64,000 nt of DNA from Candidatus Omnitrophota bacterium. Its GTDB lineage: Bacteria; Omnitrophota; Gorgyraeia; 2-01-FULL-45-10. The DNA lies in the NCBI GenBank assembly GCA_028699255.1, contig JAQVUX010000004.1, positions 24,668 through 88,667 of the forward strand, given 5' to 3'. Under the pieces are notes generated by a model. The model did not search any database, was not told where the DNA came from, and worked only from the letters and a program-made list of their open reading frames with translations. Of the stretch, positions 17,939 to 27,036 are shown piece after piece (positions within the stretch are counted from its first letter, which is position 1; every line of letters begins with the position of its first letter). The position numbers were made by a program, and so were the translations under genes.

Positions 17939-19718
17939 TTTCGGCTCAAAACTTATATTATCCTACCTGCTGGTTATCCTGATACCTTTTACGCTTATAG
18001 CTTTTTTTCTCGACAAAAAGCTCGAAAAAAACTCCCTGCATAATATTCAATCGTCTCTTATTACAAGGGCCCGTCTTATCGAGGATCGCCTGTTTTCCGA
18101 CAAGCTTGCCGGGGAAGATACGGCTTATCTGGAAAGTGTCGTTAAAAAATTGAGCCTGATGGCGGAATGCCGGATTACCGTTATTTCTGTCAGCGGTAAA
18201 GTTCTCGCTGATTCCGAAAAACCGCTGGAAGATATTGCGCGTATGGAAAATCATAGCGACAGGCCGGAGGTAAAGACGGCCCTTGCCGGCCGCGTCGGAG
18301 TGGATATCCGCTATTCGCCTACGCTAAAAATAGATATGCTCTACGCCGCGCTTCCTTTACAGAATAAGAACGTAATCGCGGGGGCTCTGCGGCTCGCGCT
18401 TCCGCTTACGAGTGTCCAGAACACCCTTTTTGTCATTAGAAAAATCGTATTTCTTGGATTATTTTTCGCCGTTATTTTTGCTTTTATACTTGGGTCTGTC
18501 CTGGCGCTTAAGACGGTCGGGCCTATAAATAAAATGATCCAGGTATCGCGCAGGTTTTCGGAAGGGGATTTCAGCCGCAGGATATTTCATGGTTCCAGGG
18601 ACGAGATAGGCGAGTTGGCGTCTACACTGAACCACATGGCGCAGGATATTGAAAATAAGGTAAAAGAGATCGAATCCCAAAATCAAAAACTCGCGGCAAT
18701 TTTTAACAGTATGGTAGAAGGTATTATGGTGATAGACGGCCTTGCCCGCATAGTCTCAATCAATCCGGCCGCCGAGCGGATATTCGCCGTATCAGGTTCT
18801 GCGGTAAAGGGCCGGCTTTTTCTCGAGGCGATCCGCAATAATGACTTATTCGGGATAATCGATATTACGCTGAGAAGCGGAGAATCGTCGCGCGCCGAAA
18901 TAACGCTTTTATATCCGGTGAAGCGTATATTTGAAATAAATGCCGCACCCATATTCGATGTTCCTGTTTCGTCCGGGGGTAATGCTGATATCGTTGTCGG
19001 ATGCCTGGCGGTAATACATGATATAACGGAGATAAGGCGGCTCGAGACGATGCGTCGCGATTTCGTGGCGAACGTTTCACATGAATTGAAGACGCCGCTT
19101 ACCTCTATAAAGGGTTTTGTGGAGACGCTCCTGGAAGGCGCCCTGGATGACAAGGAAAACGGCCGGAATTTTCTGAAAATAGTCCAGGAACATACTGAAA
19201 GGCTGGATTCGCTGGTGAGTGATTTGCTTGTTTTGTCCAGTCTTGAATCGAAAGAAACGCCGCTTAATAAGGAGAATGTCGATCTAAGGCAGCAATCGGA
19301 CAAGGTCATCCTCGGCTTCTCGTCACAACTGAAGGATAAAAATATAAAAGTAGAAAATAATATTCGGCCGGGCCTTGTAGTTAATGTCGATAAAAAGAAG
19401 ATCGAGCAGGTGTTTACCAATCTTATTGATAACGCCATAAAATTTAATAAGGGCAACGGCTTTATTAAAATCTACAATAATGATATGTCCGGTTTTACGA
19501 AGATAACGGTTGAAGATTCCGGCCTTGGGATTCCCGAAAAAGATATTTCACGCATATTCGAACGATTTTACCGTGTGGACAAGGCGCGCTCCCGCGAATT
19601 GGGCGGCACCGGCCTGGGCCTTTCGATAGTCAAACACATAATAGAGTTGCACGACGGTACCGTCGGTGTAGAGAGCGCGGAAGGCGTTGGATCGAAATTC
19701 TGGTTCACGATGCCGTAA
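17925..19718 (+). CDS. Sensor histidine kinase (PhoR-like: 2 TM, HAMP, PAS, HisKA, HATPase_c)
   Basis: H-box VSHELKTPLTSI, N-box FTNLIDNAIKF, G-boxes DSGLGIP and GGTGLGLSIV. It overlaps the response-regulator gene by 14 nt. Confidence 0.85.
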   Translation: MKITSFGSKLILSYLLVILIPFTLIAFFLDKKLEKNSLHNIQSSLITRARLIEDRLFSDKLAGEDTAYLESVVKKLSLMAECRITVISVSGKVLADSEKPLEDIARMENHSDRPEVKTALAGRVGVDIRYSPTLKIDMLYAALPLQNKNVIAGALRLALPLTSVQNTLFVIRKIVFLGLFFAVIFAFILGSVLALKTVGPINKMIQVSRRFSEGDFSRRIFHGSRDEIGELASTLNHMAQDIENKVKEIESQNQKLAAIFNSMVEGIMVIDGLARIVSINPAAERIFAVSGSAVKGRLFLEAIRNNDLFGIIDITLRSGESSRAEITLLYPVKRIFEINAAPIFDVPVSSGGNADIVVGCLAVIHDITEIRRLETMRRDFVANVSHELKTPLTSIKGFVETLLEGALDDKENGRNFLKIVQEHTERLDSLVSDLLVLSSLESKETPLNKENVDLRQQSDKVILGFSSQLKDKNIKVENNIRPGLVVNVDKKKIEQVFTNLIDNAIKFNKGNGFIKIYNNDMSGFTKITVEDSGLGIPEKDISRIFERFYRVDKARSRELGGTGLGLSIVKHIIELHDGTVGVESAEGVGSKFWFTMP

Positions 19719-19906
19719 AAGGCGGCGAAGAGCTCTTAAAAATGCGGCCTGTTACACAACAATAAATTTTAACCCTGCCAGTAATTTTTAAAACCCTGTA
19801 AAAACTTTACATGTATTTTACTTCCCCTTGAAGCGGATTTAATATCCATATTCTATACTCCTGTTAGAAAACAAACGGCCCCCACATATACGGAAGGAGG
19901 TGAAGT

Positions 19907-20098
19907 ATGTTCGGTGACGAACTGATAATAGGGAGCGTTAGGGCTCAGGTGGAACATCTTAAACAGATCCTCGCGCAGATAGAAGATGATCAGCGGTGGA
20001 AAGAGCATAGTGTCTATTATGCTAAGGAGATGTATGATGTCGAGAAGAACTTGAGGAAAATACGAAAATTCGATTTTGAGCCCATAAATAAAAGATAA
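19907..20098 (+). CDS. Small hypothetical protein (63 aa) upstream of the porin-pst cluster
   Basis: Strong RBS GGAAGGAGG 6 nt upstream. No recognisable domain. Confidence 0.4.
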   Translation: MFGDELIIGSVRAQVEHLKQILAQIEDDQRWKEHSVYYAKEMYDVEKNLRKIRKFDFEPINKR

Positions 20099-20145
20099 AA
20101 TGTTGGATTGAAAAAAGAAAAAAACACAAACGGGAGAGTGATAAA

Positions 20146-21534
20146 ATGAAGAAGCTACTGCTCGTATTATGTCTGGTGGCTTTATTTGCGTCGGCTCACG
20201 GCAGGCAGGCGCAGGCAAGTGAAGTGGATGTGTTGGTGCAAAAGTTAGTGGAAAAGAGTGTCCTGTCGCCTGCCGAGGCGCAGATCATTATGGATGAGAC
20301 GAAACTGCAGGTGTCGAAAGACTTGGCGCAGGCGAAGTCGCTTTCTGTGCCGGACTGGACCCAGCGGGTAAAGTGGGGCGGTGACGTCAGGTTCAGGACT
20401 CAAGGGGACTGGGGGAAGCCTACCACATCCGACAGCGCTTCTACTATAAAGCACCAGCGTATTAGAGAAAGAGTTCGAGGCAGATTCTACATGGAAGGGA
20501 AGATAAACGATTTTATGTACGGCGGAGTAAGGTTTGCCGGAGGGGCTACGAGCGCCAGATCGACGAACGATACCCTTGACGATTATTTTGCGAAAGACTA
20601 TGCGATGTTCGATCAATACTACATCAGGGTGGATGCTCCGAGCGAAATGATCAGGGATTACGGCCAATATTTCAGCGATGCCAGGCTCTGGCTGGGCAGG
20701 TTTACTAATCCTTACGAATCCTCCGAACTTGTATGGGACACGGACATAAATCTGAATGGTATCGCATTTCAGTATGTGTCGCCCGATCTGAAAATCGGCA
20801 CTCTACCGGATGTTAATATTTTTTCCAACCTTGGTTTTCACTGGCTGAACGAGAGCGCTAACATAAGCGCCGATCCTCTGCTTTTCGGCGGCCAGGCAGG
20901 TATAAAGACCGCGCGATTCGGCCCGCTTGATACGATAATGCAGATCGCGACCAGCATGTGGGATTTTACGCACCTGAAGGGCAAAAATCCTACCGGATCG
21001 TCTGGGACGAACTCGCGTTGGTGGAACGGCGCCGGCGGGGATAATACGGCCGGGACGTATAGATACGACTACTACCTCCTCGATCTTTTACTAAGCGTGG
21101 ATAACGAAAAGATATTCGATATCCCACTGCCCAATGGATTGTATACAGATTTTGTCCACAACATGGGTTGCTCTGAACAGAACAACGGATTCCTGCTCGG
21201 ATGCTATATAGGTAAGAAGAAGTTGAAGGCTCAGGGGGATTGGAAAGTCAGGACGGAGTGGCGCTATATAGAGCGCGATGCAGTCGCGGACTTCACACCG
21301 GATTCGGACTTCTACGGATTCGGAACCTATACCGCATCCTCGACCAGCGCGAATACCAATGGTGTGCCTGCCGAAGGCGGCACGAACGGTAAAGGTATTA
21401 ATATAGCGTTTGAATATCAACTGCTTAAAAACACAGGCCTTAACATAGAGTATTACTGGATGGAACCAATTAAATCCTGGGGTAAATTAGATCCATGGAA
21501 TGAAGTTCAGTTTGATATTGTCACCAAATTCTAA
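20146..21534 (+). CDS. Outer-membrane beta-barrel porin. It is probably phosphate-selective (OprO/OprP-like), judged by its position immediately upstream of pstS.
   Basis: Signal peptide MKKLLLVLCLVALFASAHG. Alternating amphipathic composition. C-terminal aromatic residue (VTKF). The phosphate specificity is inferred from context only. Confidence 0.6.
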   Translation: MKKLLLVLCLVALFASAHGRQAQASEVDVLVQKLVEKSVLSPAEAQIIMDETKLQVSKDLAQAKSLSVPDWTQRVKWGGDVRFRTQGDWGKPTTSDSASTIKHQRIRERVRGRFYMEGKINDFMYGGVRFAGGATSARSTNDTLDDYFAKDYAMFDQYYIRVDAPSEMIRDYGQYFSDARLWLGRFTNPYESSELVWDTDINLNGIAFQYVSPDLKIGTLPDVNIFSNLGFHWLNESANISADPLLFGGQAGIKTARFGPLDTIMQIATSMWDFTHLKGKNPTGSSGTNSRWWNGAGGDNTAGTYRYDYYLLDLLLSVDNEKIFDIPLPNGLYTDFVHNMGCSEQNNGFLLGCYIGKKKLKAQGDWKVRTEWRYIERDAVADFTPDSDFYGFGTYTASSTSANTNGVPAEGGTNGKGINIAFEYQLLKNTGLNIEYYWMEPIKSWGKLDPWNEVQFDIVTKF

Positions 21535-21578
21535 CATCGCAAGTTTACGAATAATTCATAAAAAAAGAAGGGGGTAAC

Positions 21579-22523
21579 ATGAATAGATTTCTAACGGTGT
21601 TTCTAATAATTTCGCTCGGGCTCTTCAGCCATAGCTTCTGTTTTGGGGGTGAGAATATGGTGCAGGTCAAAGGATCCGACACTCTTATTAATGTGGTGCA
21701 GAAGCTGGCCGAGTTGTACATGGAGAAAGCTCCCGGCATAAGTATCGCGGTTACGGGTGGTGGATCCGGAACCGGCATAGCGGCCCTTATAAACAAAAAC
21801 TGCGCGATAGCAAATTCGTCCCGCCAGATAAAGTCCAGTGAAGTCGAGCAGGCGGTCAAGAAAGGGGTTGACGCGAAAAGAATGGTTGTGGCTATAGATG
21901 CTCTCAGTATTATAGTGAACGCCCAAAATCCGGTCGATGCTCTTACGGTAGAGCAGATCGGAAAAATATATAAAGGCGAAATAAAAAACTGGAGTGAGGT
22001 TGGAGGCAATAACCTTGCCATTACTCTCTACGGAAGGCAATCTAATTCCGGAACTTATGATTTTATGAAGGAAAACGTTATGTTCGGAGAATATTCTCCG
22101 AACCTTAAGAGCATGAACGGCAACGCCCAGATATCCGAGGCTCTAAAGCAGGATGCTTCGGGCATAGGTTATGTAGGCGTAGGTTACGCGAAAGAAGCTG
22201 TTGGAGTGAAGGCGCTTAAAGTCGCGGTTAAGAGCGGCGGCGCATATTATGATCCTTTCAATATAATGGATGTCAAAAGCGGGAGATATCCGATAACCAG
22301 GCCTCTGAATCAGTATATTAACGGCATGCCTAAAGGATTGGTAAAAGATTTCCTCGAGTTCGAATTAAGCTCCGAAGGCCAGGCGATAGTCGAGACGGAA
22401 GGTTTCTTCGCCATACCGGAAGAATACCAAACGTATAATGATCAGGTTCTGGGCCGATCCGGTAAGATAAGGGAAAGTCCTATGCGGCCCGAAGACCTGG
22501 AAGCAAATCTTGGCGCCGGATGA
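21579..22523 (+). CDS. pstS: Phosphate ABC transporter substrate-binding protein PstS
   Basis: Signal peptide, then GSDTL...GGGSGTG, characteristic of PstS/PBP. It is followed by pstCAB. Confidence 0.85.
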   Translation: MNRFLTVFLIISLGLFSHSFCFGGENMVQVKGSDTLINVVQKLAELYMEKAPGISIAVTGGGSGTGIAALINKNCAIANSSRQIKSSEVEQAVKKGVDAKRMVVAIDALSIIVNAQNPVDALTVEQIGKIYKGEIKNWSEVGGNNLAITLYGRQSNSGTYDFMKENVMFGEYSPNLKSMNGNAQISEALKQDASGIGYVGVGYAKEAVGVKALKVAVKSGGAYYDPFNIMDVKSGRYPITRPLNQYINGMPKGLVKDFLEFELSSEGQAIVETEGFFAIPEEYQTYNDQVLGRSGKIRESPMRPEDLEANLGAG

Positions 22524-22544
22524 AATACACAAAGAGGATGGGTT

Positions 22545-23435
22545 ATGTCCAGACATAATAATTTTAAAGAGAAGCTTATCCATGGCCTGTTCTTTTTTAA
22601 CGGGCTGTTGGTAATATTGGTGTTGGCGGGCATATTTGCGCTCTTGGTTGCAAACGCTCTCCCGGCTTTTAAAGAAATACGCGTAGGGCAATTCCTGTTC
22701 AGCGCGGCATGGAACCCGACGGCAACTTTTACGGCGCCCTCCTATGGGATACTATCCATGCTTGTCAGTACACTTATGGTATCCGCCGGGGCGCTTATTA
22801 TTGCGGTGCCGCTGGGTATAGCGGCGGCGGCTTATCTCTCCGATGTAGCAAGTAAGCGCGTCAGAGAGATCGCGAAGCCCATAGTGGAGATATTGGCGGG
22901 TGTACCTTCTGTAATTATCGGTTTTCTGGGAATAGTATTGGTAGGGCCGATCATTGCCAGGATATTTCATCTTTCGAACGGCCTGAATGCCCTTAACGGA
23001 TCAATATTGCTCGCGATCATGGCTTTACCGACCATCATAAGCTTATCGGAAGACGCGCTTAACGGTGTTCCCAAGTCATTCCAGGAGGCGTCGCTGGCAC
23101 TGGGAGCCACGCATTGGCAAACTCTCGTGAGGGTAAAGATACCGGCGGCGTTGTCCGGCATAATCGCGGCGAGCATGCTGGGAATGGGCAGGGCCATAGG
23201 CGAGACGATGACTGTTTTGATGGCGACTGGATGCGCCATCGCCATGCCGAAAAGTTTTTTGCAGTCGGTGCAGACGATGACCGCGACTATAGCCATCGAG
23301 CTGGGCGAGGTACCATATAACACCACTCACTATTATGCCCTTTTCGGCATAGGCCTAGTATTATTTATAATCACTTTCATCGTTAATATGATATCGGATA
23401 TCGTACTGCACAGGTACCAGAGGGTTTATAAATGA
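22545..23435 (+). CDS. pstC: Phosphate ABC transporter permease PstC
   Basis: Six TM helices and the EAA-like loop EASLALGATHWQT. It lies directly after pstS. Confidence 0.85.
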   Translation: MSRHNNFKEKLIHGLFFFNGLLVILVLAGIFALLVANALPAFKEIRVGQFLFSAAWNPTATFTAPSYGILSMLVSTLMVSAGALIIAVPLGIAAAAYLSDVASKRVREIAKPIVEILAGVPSVIIGFLGIVLVGPIIARIFHLSNGLNALNGSILLAIMALPTIISLSEDALNGVPKSFQEASLALGATHWQTLVRVKIPAALSGIIAASMLGMGRAIGETMTVLMATGCAIAMPKSFLQSVQTMTATIAIELGEVPYNTTHYYALFGIGLVLFIITFIVNMISDIVLHRYQRVYK

Positions 23436-24286
23436 AGGCAAAACAGATTCAGGAAAATTTGGGTTTTAATTTTCTCAGGTTGTCCATATGCGTCGTCATA
23501 TGCGCGTTGATAATCATCCTGTACGATATCGTAAGCAAAGGGATTGGCGTAATAAACTGGAAGTTTCTGACTTCCATGCCGAAGAACGGTATGACCGAAG
23601 GAGGCATACTTCCTGCCATAGTCGGCACTATTTTGGTTACGCTCATTACGGCGTTACTGGCAATTCCTTTAGGGATGGGGTGCGCAGTTTATTTGAATGA
23701 GTATGCCGCCGACAGCAAACTTACGCGGCTGATCCGTATGGCTATCCGTAATTTATCCGGCGTGCCGTCGATAGTGTACGGATTATTCGGCGTAATTTTA
23801 TTCGTCCAGATGATGAGGCTGGGTACATGTGTCTTATCCTCCGGGCTAACCCTCGGGCTCATGACTTTGCCATGGACCATTACTGCGAGCGAAGAGGCGC
23901 TGAAGAATGTGCCGAATTCGTACAGGCAGGGGGCTTTAGCGCTGGGCGCAACCAAGTGGCAGTCGATAAAAACGAATGTATTGCCGTACGCAGTCCCCGG
24001 TATGCTTACAGGCACGATACTCGGCCTCTCCCGCGCCGCCGGGGAGACGGCGCCGATCCTTTTCACGGGCGCCGCGTTCTTTTTACCGCGCCTTCCGGGA
24101 TCGCTTTTTGACCAATTTATGGCCCTGCCATATCATCTATATGTCATGTCCACACAACACCATGCCATATCAAAGGTAAGGCCCATCGCGTATGGGACGG
24201 CGCTGGTATTGATCGCGCTCGTATTTGCCATGAACCTGTGTGCTGTGATCATAAGATATCGTTTAAGAAAAGCCAGGACGGAGTGA
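23432..24286 (+). CDS. pstA: Phosphate ABC transporter permease PstA
   Basis: EAA loop [23 protein letters not shown]. It overlaps the pstC stop. Confidence 0.85.
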   Translation: MKAKQIQENLGFNFLRLSICVVICALIIILYDIVSKGIGVINWKFLTSMPKNGMTEGGILPAIVGTILVTLITALLAIPLGMGCAVYLNEYAADSKLTRLIRMAIRNLSGVPSIVYGLFGVILFVQMMRLGTCVLSSGLTLGLMTLPWTITASEEALKNVPNSYRQGALALGATKWQSIKTNVLPYAVPGMLTGTILGLSRAAGETAPILFTGAAFFLPRLPGSLFDQFMALPYHLYVMSTQHHAISKVRPIAYGTALVLIALVFAMNLCAVIIRYRLRKARTE

Positions 24287-24290
24287 TGCT

Positions 24291-25049
24291 ATGGAAAATG
24301 TAAAAATAAGAGTCGGGCAGTTCAATTTTTATTACGGCCAGGCGCGTGTATTGAAAAACGTGTCGATGGATATCGCCGCGAATAAAGTGACGGGGATTAT
24401 CGGCCCGTCCGGTTGCGGCAAGTCGACGTTTTTGCGAAGCATAAACCGTATGAATGAAACTATACTCGGAACAAGGGCGGAAGGCCTGATAGCTCTTGAC
24501 GGCAAGAGCATTTATGATGAAGATGTCGATGTCGTGGATATAAGACGAAGGGTGGGGATGGTGTTTCAAAAATCCAACCCATTCCCTAAAACTATTTTTG
24601 ATAATGTTGCGTACGGGCTTAAGATAAACGGCATAAAGGACAAATATTTTATACAGGATAGGGTGGAGAGAAGCTTAAAAGATGCGGCGATATGGAGTGA
24701 GGTCAAAGATAGGTTGAATAGGAACGCGTTTGAATTGTCCGGCGGCCAACAGCAGAGGCTTTGCATTGCCAGGGCTTTGGCGGTCGAGCCGGAGGTTATC
24801 CTTATGGACGAGCCGGCATCGGCGCTGGATCCTACGGCGACATTAAAGATAGAAGAGCTCATCCAGGAGTTGAAGAAGAAATATACGATAGTCATAGTTA
24901 CGCACAACATGCAACAGGCCGCCAGGATATCCGATTTTACCGCTTTCTTTATGCTGGGCGAGCTCGTAGAATATAATCTGACCAGCATAATGTTTACCAA
25001 GCCGTCTAAAAAAATAACCGAGGATTATATAACGGGGAGATTCGGGTGA
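24291..25049 (+). CDS. pstB: Phosphate ABC transporter ATP-binding protein PstB
   Basis: Walker [10 protein letters not shown], signature LSGGQQQRL, Walker B ILMDEP. PstB-typical N-terminus. Confidence 0.9.
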   Translation: MENVKIRVGQFNFYYGQARVLKNVSMDIAANKVTGIIGPSGCGKSTFLRSINRMNETILGTRAEGLIALDGKSIYDEDVDVVDIRRRVGMVFQKSNPFPKTIFDNVAYGLKINGIKDKYFIQDRVERSLKDAAIWSEVKDRLNRNAFELSGGQQQRLCIARALAVEPEVILMDEPASALDPTATLKIEELIQELKKKYTIVIVTHNMQQAARISDFTAFFMLGELVEYNLTSIMFTKPSKKITEDYITGRFG

Positions 25050-25447
25050 AATATAAAAAGATAATTTTATACGGTGTCTTATGTTTTTTATTGTCATCCT
25101 GTGAAACAATAAAAGAGATAAGGCAAAGTGATGTGTTTAATAAAGCGGGACAATTTCGTCTAAACCCCGTCCATCCCAACACCTACTGGTTTAATGGTAA
25201 GACGTATGAGTATAACGATTACAAGATCGAGATCGTCTCCTGGCCCTGCAAAGTTCATGTAAAATGGGATGGTAAATATATAGGCGATACGCCGATGATA
25301 TATAGCTTTACCGGAACGCTGGATAAAGACGATGTCGTGAGGATGGTGGTTATACCTTTTGATGAAAGTTTTGGGCCGCAGGAAGCGGTTTTGAGGATAA
25401 GGGATGAACTTCCGAGAAAGATGGATTTTAAGCTCAACAAGAAATAG
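25046..25447 (+). CDS. Small lipoprotein of unknown function inserted between pstB and phoU
   Basis: Lipobox LLSSC after a hydrophobic signal peptide. No known domain. It overlaps the pstB stop (GTGA). Confidence 0.6.
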   Translation: MKYKKIILYGVLCFLLSSCETIKEIRQSDVFNKAGQFRLNPVHPNTYWFNGKTYEYNDYKIEIVSWPCKVHVKWDGKYIGDTPMIYSFTGTLDKDDVVRMVVIPFDESFGPQEAVLRIRDELPRKMDFKLNKK

Positions 25448-25461
25448 GAGGTACGGATAAT

Positions 25462-26130
25462 ATGGAACGACATTTTGACCAGGAGTTGAAAGAGCTTAAC
25501 AAAGATATTCTGAGAATGGGTTGTTATGCGGAAGAGGCGATATTCAAATCGATAGAGTCTCTCAAAAACCGCGACGCTTCGCTCGCCAAAAATGTGATCA
25601 AAGGCGATGCCGACGTTGATAAGCTGGAATTGGATATAGATGAGAAATGCATAGACCTGATCGCCCGTTATCAGCCGATGGCCAAGGACCTGCGTTTTAT
25701 CACGACAGGCATGAAGCTGAATACAGAGCTGGAGCGGATAGCCGATATAGCCGTCGATATCGCTCAGCGTTCGCTGGAACTCTCGAACAAGCCGCTTTTA
25801 AAGCCGCTTGTGGATATACCAAGGTTGACGGCTGTCGCGCAGGGTATGGTGAAGCTTTCAGTCGATTCATTCGTAAAACAGGACGTGGGATTAGCCAGAA
25901 AGGTAATACTATCCGACAGCGAAGCTGACCTTTTAAGAGATACTATCTCGAAAGAGCTCGTGGACGACTACATGATGAAAGACCCGTCTTCCGCCCCGAG
26001 AGCCGTTCAACTTCTCCTGATAACGCGCTTTCTGGAACGTATTTGCGACCACACCACCAATATAGCCGAAGACGTCATATATATGGTCCAGGCCGAAGTC
26101 GTAAAACATCATCCGGAAAAATTGGGATGA
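25462..26130 (+). CDS. phoU: Phosphate signalling complex protein PhoU
   Basis: Two PhoU repeats (the E...D...R..ERI.D motif occurs twice). The N-terminus MERHFDQELKELNKDILRMG is typical of PhoU. Confidence 0.85.
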   Translation: MERHFDQELKELNKDILRMGCYAEEAIFKSIESLKNRDASLAKNVIKGDADVDKLELDIDEKCIDLIARYQPMAKDLRFITTGMKLNTELERIADIAVDIAQRSLELSNKPLLKPLVDIPRLTAVAQGMVKLSVDSFVKQDVGLARKVILSDSEADLLRDTISKELVDDYMMKDPSSAPRAVQLLLITRFLERICDHTTNIAEDVIYMVQAEVVKHHPEKLG

Positions 26131-26146
26131 AGTTTTTAGGAATGCC

Positions 26147-26190
26147 TTGTCAAAAAATAATTGACAAACATAATCATGAATGGTATATAT
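26147..26190 (+). promoter_or_regulatory. Strong sigma70-type promoter(s) with an embedded inverted repeat TTGTCAAaaaaataaTTGACAA. It drives the riboswitch-thyX-nrdDG transcript.
   Basis: TTGTCA(26147-26152)-N17-ATAATC(26170-26175), and overlapping it TTGACA(26161-26166)-N17-TATATA(26184-26189). It is preceded by the conserved motif GAAGTTTTTAGGAATGCCTTG, shared with the promoter at 47078. Confidence 0.55.
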
Positions 26191-26199
26191 AACACATAA

Positions 26200-26335
26200 C
26201 TTTGGCAGGGAATTCGGCGAGAATCCGAAACTGTACCCGCAACTGTATACAGGCATATAATGTGACCTGTGAGTCAGAACGCGAAGTCCTCCGGGGATAG
26301 AGGTGCTAAAATAGTCTTAACAAGGAAGATTATTT
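26200..26335 (+). ncRNA. Leader element resembling the 5' half of a cobalamin riboswitch (GGGAA...CCCGCAACTGTA) but lacking a clear GCCACTG/B12 box. It ends in an intrinsic terminator.
   Basis: GGGAAttcGGcGaGAATCCgaaaCTGtaCCCGCAACTGTA at 26208-26247 matches the conserved J3/4-P4 region of RF00174. The 3' half does not match. Confidence 0.3.
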
Positions 26336-26373
26336 GACCCAACCTCTATGAAAAAGGTTGGGTTTTTTGTTTT
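26336..26373 (+). terminator. Rho-independent terminator (CCCAACC-loop-GGTTGGG + TTTTTTGTTTT)
   Basis: Stem 26338-26344 / 26356-26362, followed by a T-run 26363-26373. Confidence 0.7.
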
Positions 26374-26394
26374 ACAATACAAATATATACAGGT

Positions 26395-26631
26395 CCTGCT
26401 TAAAGCAGGATAAAAGGGAAGCTTGTAAAGTCAAGCGCGGTCCCGCCGCTGTAACCGGGGACGAAAGTCACAACTAGCCACTGTCTAGTATTCATTAGGC
26501 GGGAAGGCGTGATGAGTAGACTGATCCGGCAGCCAGAAGACCTGCCTGTATGTGTAGCCTCGCGGAAGGATTAAGTAAGCAGGGTGCAATCCTTAAGCTT
26601 TTTATAATTAGCTTAAGGATTTTTTTATTTT
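26395..26631 (+). ncRNA. Cobalamin (AdoCbl) riboswitch with a transcriptional expression platform, upstream of thyX-nrdD-nrdG
   Basis: In order: GGGAA (26416-26420), CCCGCCGCTGTAA (26442-26454), GCCACTG (26477-26483), GGGAAGGC (26501-26508) and the B12 box AGCCAGAAGACCTGCC (26531-26546). Then an antiterminator hairpin AAGGATT...AATCCTT (26566-26594) that is mutually exclusive with a terminator CCTTAAGC...GCTTAAGG + T-run (26591-26631). Confidence 0.75.
26591..26631 (+). terminator. Riboswitch-controlled intrinsic terminator
   Basis: CCTTAAGC (26591-26598), loop tttttataatta, GCTTAAGG (26611-26618), followed by ATTTTTTTATTTT. Confidence 0.65.
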
Positions 26632-26877
26632 ATGCGAATCAACGTATTAACCGATAAACCTACAGATAGTATTTTGAAAAGTTTATTTCAAGAGGATTTT
26701 TCGCTTGTCAGGGAGCAAATACTGGAAGCACTTACTTGCGAACCGGACAAAAATAAACTCTTTGGAGTTATTCTATGTGAGCATTTTAAGAAAGTCAAAG
26801 AATGTGAGAATCTTAGTCTAAAAATAATCGCATTAAAAAACGTATTAATGGCGTTGGATTATCTGGGAGAGCAGTGA
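26632..26877 (+). CDS. Hypothetical small protein (81 aa) in the AT-rich leader between the riboswitch and thyX. It may be non-coding.
   Basis: The ORF starts immediately after the terminator T-run with no RBS. AT-rich. No known motif. Confidence 0.25.
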   Translation: MRINVLTDKPTDSILKSLFQEDFSLVREQILEALTCEPDKNKLFGVILCEHFKKVKECENLSLKIIALKNVLMALDYLGEQ

Positions 26878-26880
26878 TAT

Positions 26881-27036
26881 ATGCCTAATAGAACAATTTT
26901 GTTAGATGAAAAAGAATTAATTGAGCTTCAGAGGATTTTGCTGGATAAAGACGAAAAGGGCGCATTAGAGTTTTTAAGAAAAATCGAAGAGAGATCAAAG
27001 CCATCAAAGAGCGTATGCAGGCCTTGGGGCAAATAA
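26881..27036 (+). CDS. Hypothetical small protein (51 aa)
   Basis: Weak GGAGAG RBS. Translates to MPNRTILLDEKELIELQRILLDKDEKGALEFLRKIEERSKPSKSVCRPWGK. Not in the ORF track because it is under 60 aa. Confidence 0.2.
   Translation: MPNRTILLDEKELIELQRILLDKDEKGALEFLRKIEERSKPSKSVCRPWGK

Noticed and set aside
18683-19456. 257-aa minus-strand ORF inside the histidine kinase gene
   Set aside because: It is antisense to a well-supported kinase with intact H, N and G boxes, and has Ser/Ile-rich low-complexity composition.
22967-24111. Multiple short ORFs on both strands inside pstC/pstA (for example 23076..23330(-), 23689..24066(-), 23827..24111(+))
   Set aside because: They are embedded in conserved ABC permease genes. 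Their Arg/His-rich compositions are typical of off-frame GC-rich translation.
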